Below are positions 56,599 to 64,000 of a stretch of DNA of 64,000 nt, piece by piece. The first letter of the stretch is position 1. Every line of letters begins with the position of its first letter. The stretch is from Octopus vulgaris. Lineage: Eukaryota. The position numbers and the translations under genes were made by a program. Location: the NCBI GenBank assembly GCA_951406725.2, contig OX597821.1, positions 68,324,001-68,388,000 of the forward strand, in the 5' to 3' direction. The notes below the pieces were generated by a model. The model was not told the origin of the DNA and did no database searches. It saw only the letters and a program-made list of their open reading frames with translations.

Positions 56599-56660
56599 TA
56601 GAGTAAGTACATAAATGTGAAAGAAGGAAAAAATAGTACACGAATACCGGCGGTAGAGTG

Positions 56661-56856
56661 ATATGTCTTATCATTAAAGCTGCAAAAACATCACAAAAGT
56701 GTCACAAAAAACTACTACTCAGAGTTTCACGTTCCCATTCGTCGCGCAGATGTGATGTCACCTCAGCCCGACGAACGGGGAACGTGAAATTCTGAATAGC
56801 AGTTGTTATATGATATTTTTTGCGATGCTTTTGCAGCTTTAATAATAAAGTACATA

Positions 56857-56857
<1 letters not shown>
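56661..56857. mobile_element. Fold-back element with ~85-bp imperfect arms, hammerhead-like half-motifs in both arms
   Basis: ttaaagctgcaaaaacatcacaaaa..gagtttcacgttccc.ttcgtcg / cgacgaacggggaacgtgaaattc..ttttgcgatgcttttgcagctttaa. Confidence 0.75.
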
Positions 56858-56888
<31 letters not shown>

Positions 56889-57112
56889 CGGGGAGAGAGA
56901 GAGAGTGTGTGTATATGTGCATATATAAATACACACACACACACATATATATACTTATATATAAACAAATAAATGTAGTTAAACGCAGGTGCTATTCAAA
57001 TTCTTTTACTTCCGACACATATTTCGAAGATATCACTGGTATTATTCTAAAGGAATAAAATAGTATAAAACAATGTAATATATATGTATATGTATGTATA
57101 TATACATATTCA

Positions 57113-57349
57113 TATTCTTTTACTTGTTTCAGTCATTAAACTTCAACCATGTTCGGGCACCGCCTTGAGGAATTTTTAGTCGAACTAATCGACCCCCGTA
57201 CTTATTTTCAAGCCTGGTGCTTATTCTATCAGTCTCTTTTACCGAACTGCTATGTTACGGTGATGTAAACACACTGACACCGGTTGTCAAACGGCGTTGG
57301 CGTATTTACGGTGGTGGGGCACCAAGACACACGTACAGATATATACATA

Positions 57350-57419
<70 letters not shown>

Positions 57420-57582
57420 CACGACGGTCTTCTTTCAGTTTCCGTCTGCAAAATCCACTCACATGGCTTTGGTCAGCCCAAGACTATAATAGTACATGAC
57501 ACTTGCCCAGGGTGCAACGTAATGGAACTGACCTTGAAGCCATGTGGCTGGGAAGCAAATTTCTTACCACACAGCCACACCT
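57113..57582 (-). mobile_element. CORE-type SINE, full length
   Basis: Head ggtgtggctgtgtggtaag, CORE cctgggcaagtgtc, internal (CA)n, tail gactgaaacaagtaaaaga. Confidence 0.9.
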
Positions 57583-57589
57583 GCAGTTA

Positions 57590-58108
57590 CTCTGTAGTTA
57601 CAATCTACAGTTACTCTATCCAAATTACAAGTTTAATTTTTTACCTGTAATTATTGGAGCCCTGGTATATATAACATACTGCCTAAATACCAATCTTAAG
57701 AAATTAGGTTTCTCAAAACCAGAAAGCAGAAAGCTAATTCGAAGACTACAAATCCAATCCATCACTGAAACTGTAAAAATCTATAAAACTTTCCATAAGT
57801 TTATCATTTAGATATATATGAGCATGTCTAGATATGCAACTATATGCATCAGAATACACCTCTAGATATGCAACTATAGATATGCATCAGAATACACACA
57901 TAAAACAAAACATACAAACCCATACATACACACATACATACATACATACATACATACATACATACATACATACATACATACATACATACATACATACATA
58001 CAAAACTAGTCTGTTGATGCCGTTGAAATTCCAAGGAAGGAGCCTTGAATCTAGGTTAAAAACCGACTCCTCTATTGGCAAGAAATCTTCAAATAAATTG
58101 AACAATGA
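57590..58108 (+). mobile_element. R4/Dong-like (RLE-type) LINE 3' end with 3' UTR
   Basis: NLQLLYPNYKFNFLPVIIGAL..LKKLGF..LQIQSITETVKIYKTF*; ends at (CATA)n. Confidence 0.75.
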
Positions 58109-58204
58109 CATACGTAATACATACATACATACATACATACATACATACATACATACATACATACATACATACATACATACATACATACATACATACATAC
58201 ACAC

Positions 58205-58775
58205 ATGAGACATAATACGGTGGCCAGAGCGGTCTGGAACAGGATAACAAAAAGAAAATACCTACAAATGACGTTGACCAAATTGAGACCGATGTCAAAA
58301 TAATGTTGGTGGAACTTAGAAATTAAAACAGCCACCATGTTAAAACGCATCTGGCTAAATGTCGTTCTGCGGGACCACAGAGAAAAGATATGCTGTATTG
58401 TGGAAATCAGCTATCCTCTATATACGAATGTGATTAGAAAAATACAAGAGAAAGGGGTCATCTAGGGATCATTGATAAGGAGTTTGTAAATCCCGTATCC
58501 AAGATACACTTTCAGCTTAATACCTATAATTATTGGAGCAACAGGGTACGTACCAACCTGTCTGGAGTAAAGTATAGTTGAACTTGGAATCTTGAGGGGA
58601 GAATGCAAATCCTCAATTCATACTCTACAAATCATCACGATATCTGGGACTATAAGAATCTGCAAAACCGTCTTAAGATTTAAAAGATGATGGTTAAATC
58701 AAGATATTTTCTTTCACAACCTTGCTACCAAATCGGCGACCGGTCAAAATTTACTCTAAATTAAAAAGAGAAAGA
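58205..58775 (+). mobile_element. Second R4/Dong-like LINE 3' fragment (RLE endonuclease), degenerate
   Basis: MRHNTVARAVW; WWNLEIKT..EKICCIVEISYP..NVIRKIQEK; LIPIIIGATG..ISGTIRICKT. Confidence 0.8.
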
Positions 58776-60088
58776 GAACACATACATAAATACATACATA
58801 CATACATATACACAATCATAAAAACAAACATATGTACGTACGTACATAATACATACGTGCGGATATACATACACACACATACATACATGTACGCATGCAT
58901 ACACACATACATACATGCACGCGTACATACATACATGCATGCGAACGTCCGCACATTCATACATACATGCACACATATATATGTATACATGAATACACAC
59001 ATACATACATGCATACAAACATGCATACGTACATTTATACATACATACACACATACATACATGTATGCATGCATACACACATACATACATGCACGCATAC
59101 ATACATACATACATACATACATACATACATACATAGATACATACATACGTGCATACAAACATACATACATATGTGTATGCATGTGATTGGATGGATGGAT
59201 GGATGGATGGATGGATGGATGGATGGATGAATAGATGGATGGGTGGGTTCCTACAAAAAAAAAACTTTCAAATGGCCGCCGGGACTGTTAAGATGGAAAA
59301 CAATAAAAACAGAATATTTCCTATTTCATTTCTGTCAGAGCAAGATAAAGAACAATCGTTGCAAGCGAAAGATGTCAACCGTCTCTAACAAACAATATAT
59401 AAGATTACCTCTATAAAAGACGACATTAAAATAAAACAATTACACGACTGAGCATAAGACAAAACGGCGGGTGAGAAAGAAAATAATTTTTCTTCTCTCA
59501 ATTTATCATTTTCAAAAATATGATAAAATGCAGTTACCCTACCGTAAAACACTTTGGTAATCTGGTTATTTTTCCATTTTTTTTATTCCAATATCTTTTC
59601 GCTATTTTTTTTTTTTTTTATCAATTCTAAGCAAACTTACTTCTGTTCGCTTTTTTCTTTCCAACGCACTTTGGGGACCCAGTCTGTTACAAAGTTCAAA
59701 TCCGTCTCTGTCCATTTCACTCAATCCATTTTATCAGCCATTTTAACTTATTAAGAATATTCTTCGTCTTCATACGTTTTACTATGTTTGGCTATTTTCC
59801 ATCACTCTCTATCTCTCTCTCTCTCCCCTCTCTCTCTCTCTCTTTATCTCTCTCTTTCTTCCTCCCTCTTTCCATTTCCGTTCCTCTCCCTTGTGACAGC
59901 TGACTGTTCGTCACGGTTCAAACAGTCTGCGCAACGTATTTTTTATCATTTTTTATTTTCTTCGTCTCTCTCTTAATAACGCATGTAGTTTTCTTGTGTC
60001 GTCTGCTTAGCTCTTAACTCAAACAGTTTTATTCGCTTCATTTACCAAAGCATGTACCTAAAATATATTTGACCGTGTGCAAATATAT

Positions 60089-60140
<52 letters not shown>

Positions 60141-60146
60141 TTACTT

Positions 60147-60186
<40 letters not shown>

Positions 60187-60388
60187 TCTGTATATATATG
60201 CATGATTATATATGTGTGTTTGTACGTGTGTTTGCGCATGTATTTGTGCCTGTATTTTTTTGGTGGAGGGGTTACTTTGTGTATATGTATGGTGTGTGTG
60301 TGTTTGTGCCTGTGTGCGGGGATGGGTGTAAGATGTAAGTAAACAGCTTTCTGGTAAAGTAATATATTTGATGGATTGATTGAATATA

Positions 60389-60489
<101 letters not shown>

Positions 60490-60593
60490 AAAGCAGAGAG
60501 ATAGAGAGAGATTCTTCTTAATAAGGCAGCTAGTTTCCTTGTATGGTCTGTTTAAGTTTTGACTCAAAATGTTCTTTTCGCTTCATTTGCCAT

Positions 60594-60642
<49 letters not shown>

Positions 60643-60752
60643 ATGTGAGTTTATGCATGTGTGTACGTATAAATTATACATGTATACACAAATATACGTG
60701 TGTAAATTAAACACATGTGTATAAATATGTATATATTTATTTGTTTATATAC

Positions 60753-60796
<44 letters not shown>

Positions 60797-60809
60797 GTTT
60801 GTGTGTATG

Positions 60810-60842
<33 letters not shown>

Positions 60843-60857
60843 ATATATATATATATG

Positions 60858-60907
<50 letters not shown>

Positions 60908-60911
60908 TACG

Positions 60912-60947
<36 letters not shown>

Positions 60948-61194
60948 GAGAGAGAGAGAGACGGAGAGTCGTAGAGGTATATGTTTGTGTTTTGTAAGTA
61001 ATATACAGGAAAAAGTCTGGTGTTTGAAGGACTGCTTGCCTTGCTTCTCACATATTCTTTTCAAACACTAGCATTTATGTGTTTATGTGTTTTGACAGCA
61101 TCAAACCCACCCGTGCTACAATATCATTTATTCTTTCCTCCCTTATAATCATCAAAAGTACAGGAAACGGTCGAGCTTCTTCCACGTACACAAC

Positions 61195-61965
61195 TGGCGA
61201 ACGCTTGGCTGTGTGGTAAGAAACTTGTCCCCAACCACATGGTTCGGAGTTCAGTCCTATTGCGTGGCACCTTGGGTAAGTGTTATCTATTATATTATAG
61301 CCTTGGGCCGACCAAAACCTTGTGAGTGGAATTTGGTAGACAGAAACTAAAGGAAGGCGGCTAGCTAGCAGAAACGTTAGCGCGCCGGACGAAATGCGTA
61401 GCCGTATTTCGTCTGCCGTTACGTTCTGAGTTCAAATTCCGCCGAGGTCGACTTTGCCTTTCATCCTTTCGGAGTCGATAAATAAAGTACCAGTTACGCA
61501 CTGGGGTCGATATAATCGACTTAATCCCTTTGTCTGTCCTTGTTTGTTCCCTCTGTGTTTAGCCCTTGTGGGTAGTAAAGAAATAGGTATTTCGTTTGCC
61601 GCTACGTTCTGAGTTCAAATTCCGCCGAGGTCGACTTTGCATTTCATCCTTTCGGAGTCGATAAATTTAGTACCAGTTACGCACTGGGGTCGATGTTTAG
61701 CCCCTTGTGGGCAATAAAGAAATAAGAAACTGAAAGATGCCCATCGTGTGTGTGTGCGTGTGTGTGTGTTTGCCCTACCATCACCGCTTGACAACTGGTG
61801 ATGGTGTATTTATGTCCCCGTATGCTAGCGGTTCGGCAAAAGGGACTGATAGAACAAGCACCATTCTATAAAATAAGATAAGTACTGGGGTTGATACATT
61901 CTACTAAAATTTCTACAAGGCGGTGCCCCAGCATGGCCGCAGTCTAATGACTGAAACAAGTATAA
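61195..61965 (+). mobile_element. CORE-type SINE with nested young-tail Meta-like SINE dimer (61355-61724)
   Basis: Approximate TSD agaaactaaagga (61342-61354) / agaaactgaaaga (61725-61737); CORE-SINE resumes after the insert. Confidence 0.9.
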
Positions 61966-62094
61966 GGTAGACGGTATTCCACCAGAAGTTCTTATCTCAC
62001 TATCGATTAGAATTGAATCGAGAAGTGTGTAACATCATTTTATTTAAAGCAAAACGATCTTTGAATTTTCCAAGTAATATTATCTTTCTGTGTT

Positions 62095-62540
62095 AAGGCG
62101 GGTGAAATGGCAGAATCGTTAACAGGCCAGACAATATGCTTAGCAGCATTCCACCCGTCTTTACGTTCTGAGTTCAAATTCCGCCGACGCCCACTTTACT
62201 TTTCAACCTTTCGATGGTCGATAAAATAAGTACTAGTTGAGCACTGGAGTTGGTGTAATCGAATTATCCCGACCCCAAGGAACCGAGCCGGCCGAATCGT
62301 TAGCACGCTGGACGAAATGCTTAGCGGTATTTCGCCCATGGCTACGTTCTTAGTTCAAATTCTGTCGAGGTCGACTTTGCCTTTCATCCTTTCGGGGTCG
62401 ATAAAACAAGTACCAGTTGTGTACTGAAGTCGATCAAATCGACTGCTCCCCACCCCCCGCTCAAATTTCAGATCTTGTGCCTAGAGTAGAAAGGATTTTC
62501 CCGTCCCCGAAATTCTTGACCTTGTGCCAAAATTTAAAAC
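62095..62540 (+). mobile_element. Two old-tail Meta-like SINE copies in tandem
   Basis: Heads at ~62095 and ~62280, core ctttcatcctttcggggtcgataaaa, tail cttgtgcctagagtagaaagg. Confidence 0.85.
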
Positions 62541-62734
62541 CAACATTTTCTGTCTGTCTGTCTCTCCCTCGCTCTCTCTTTATCTCTCTTTCTCTTCATG
62601 TCTCTCTCTCTCTCTCTTCATCTCTCTCTCTCTTCATCTCTCTCTCTCTTCATCTCTCTCTCTTCCTCTCTCTCTTTGTCTCTCTCTCCCTCCCTCTATC
62701 TCTTTCTCTCTCTCTCCCTCCCTCTCTCTCTCCC

Positions 62735-62772
<38 letters not shown>

Positions 62773-62923
62773 ACTCTCTCTTTCTCTCGGGGCAATTGCA
62801 GCCCCTATCAGAGTATATGCTTTGCAATAGCATTGGAGCATTTTAGCTCCTATTTCTAGCAATGAATGTGTCATTCACACCCTTAGTCAAGTTTACTTGA
62901 CGACTATGATTTTCGTATATATG

Positions 62924-62955
<32 letters not shown>

Positions 62956-62971
62956 GACACACACAGACACA

Positions 62972-63181
62972 CAGAAGTGAGTGTTGAAAAGTTCCTGGTT
63001 TTAAGGGTAGCGTGAAGGCCTGTTTGGAGACCCAACTTTCCAAGTTCTTTCACAGAGCTAAGAAAAACTGAATGATTACTGCAATGAGAATGCGAATCTG
63101 AGGGGAATATGTTTAATAAAATTAACTGATCCTCCTGTCTTTCTTTTACCCAAAACCAGGAACTTTTTTAGCACCGCCTCG
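62972..63181 (+). mobile_element. mariner-derived MITE
   Basis: TIRs gtgttgaaaagttcctggtttt / aaaaccaggaacttttttagcaccgcctcg|TA; interior resembles a transposase C-terminus (NLRG.YV). Confidence 0.7.
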
Positions 63182-63250
63182 TATATACGTATGTATGTAT
63201 GTATGTATGTATGTATGTATGTATGTATGTATGTATGTATGTATGTATGC

Positions 63251-63312
<62 letters not shown>

Positions 63313-63321
63313 GCACATGTA

Positions 63322-64000
<679 letters not shown>

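Overview
AT-rich, repeat-saturated eukaryotic DNA, most likely intergenic or intronic octopus (cephalopod) sequence. The taxon is inferred from the recurring tRNA-derived SINE families and the extreme (TA)n/(CA)n/(GATA)n/(AAT)n load. No intact protein-coding gene, rRNA, genuine tRNA or CRISPR array is supported, and nearly all listed ORFs are microsatellite translation artefacts. Recognisable content: three SINE families (CORE-type, Meta/MESC-like, V-SINE-like), decayed RTE and R4/Dong-like LINE fragments, maT-like and mariner remnants, piggyBac and mariner MITEs, three Helitrons (one with a RepHel fragment), and a 2.7-kb fold-back satellite. Two less obvious themes stand out. (1) Several unrelated short, microsatellite-embedded elements carry type I hammerhead-ribozyme folds (Penelope pLTR/retrozyme-like). 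One apparently intact hammerhead (63682-63745, minus) sits in the loop of a perfect 122-bp inverted repeat. (2) A young SINE subfamily with a swapped 3' tail repeatedly abuts the GGTATTTC site of older copies of its own family (15-bp TSD at 23267/23516). It also forms a dimeric higher-order tandem array, and a candidate tail-donor LINE 3' end lies at 19189-19337. All family assignments are by eye; no database searches were run.
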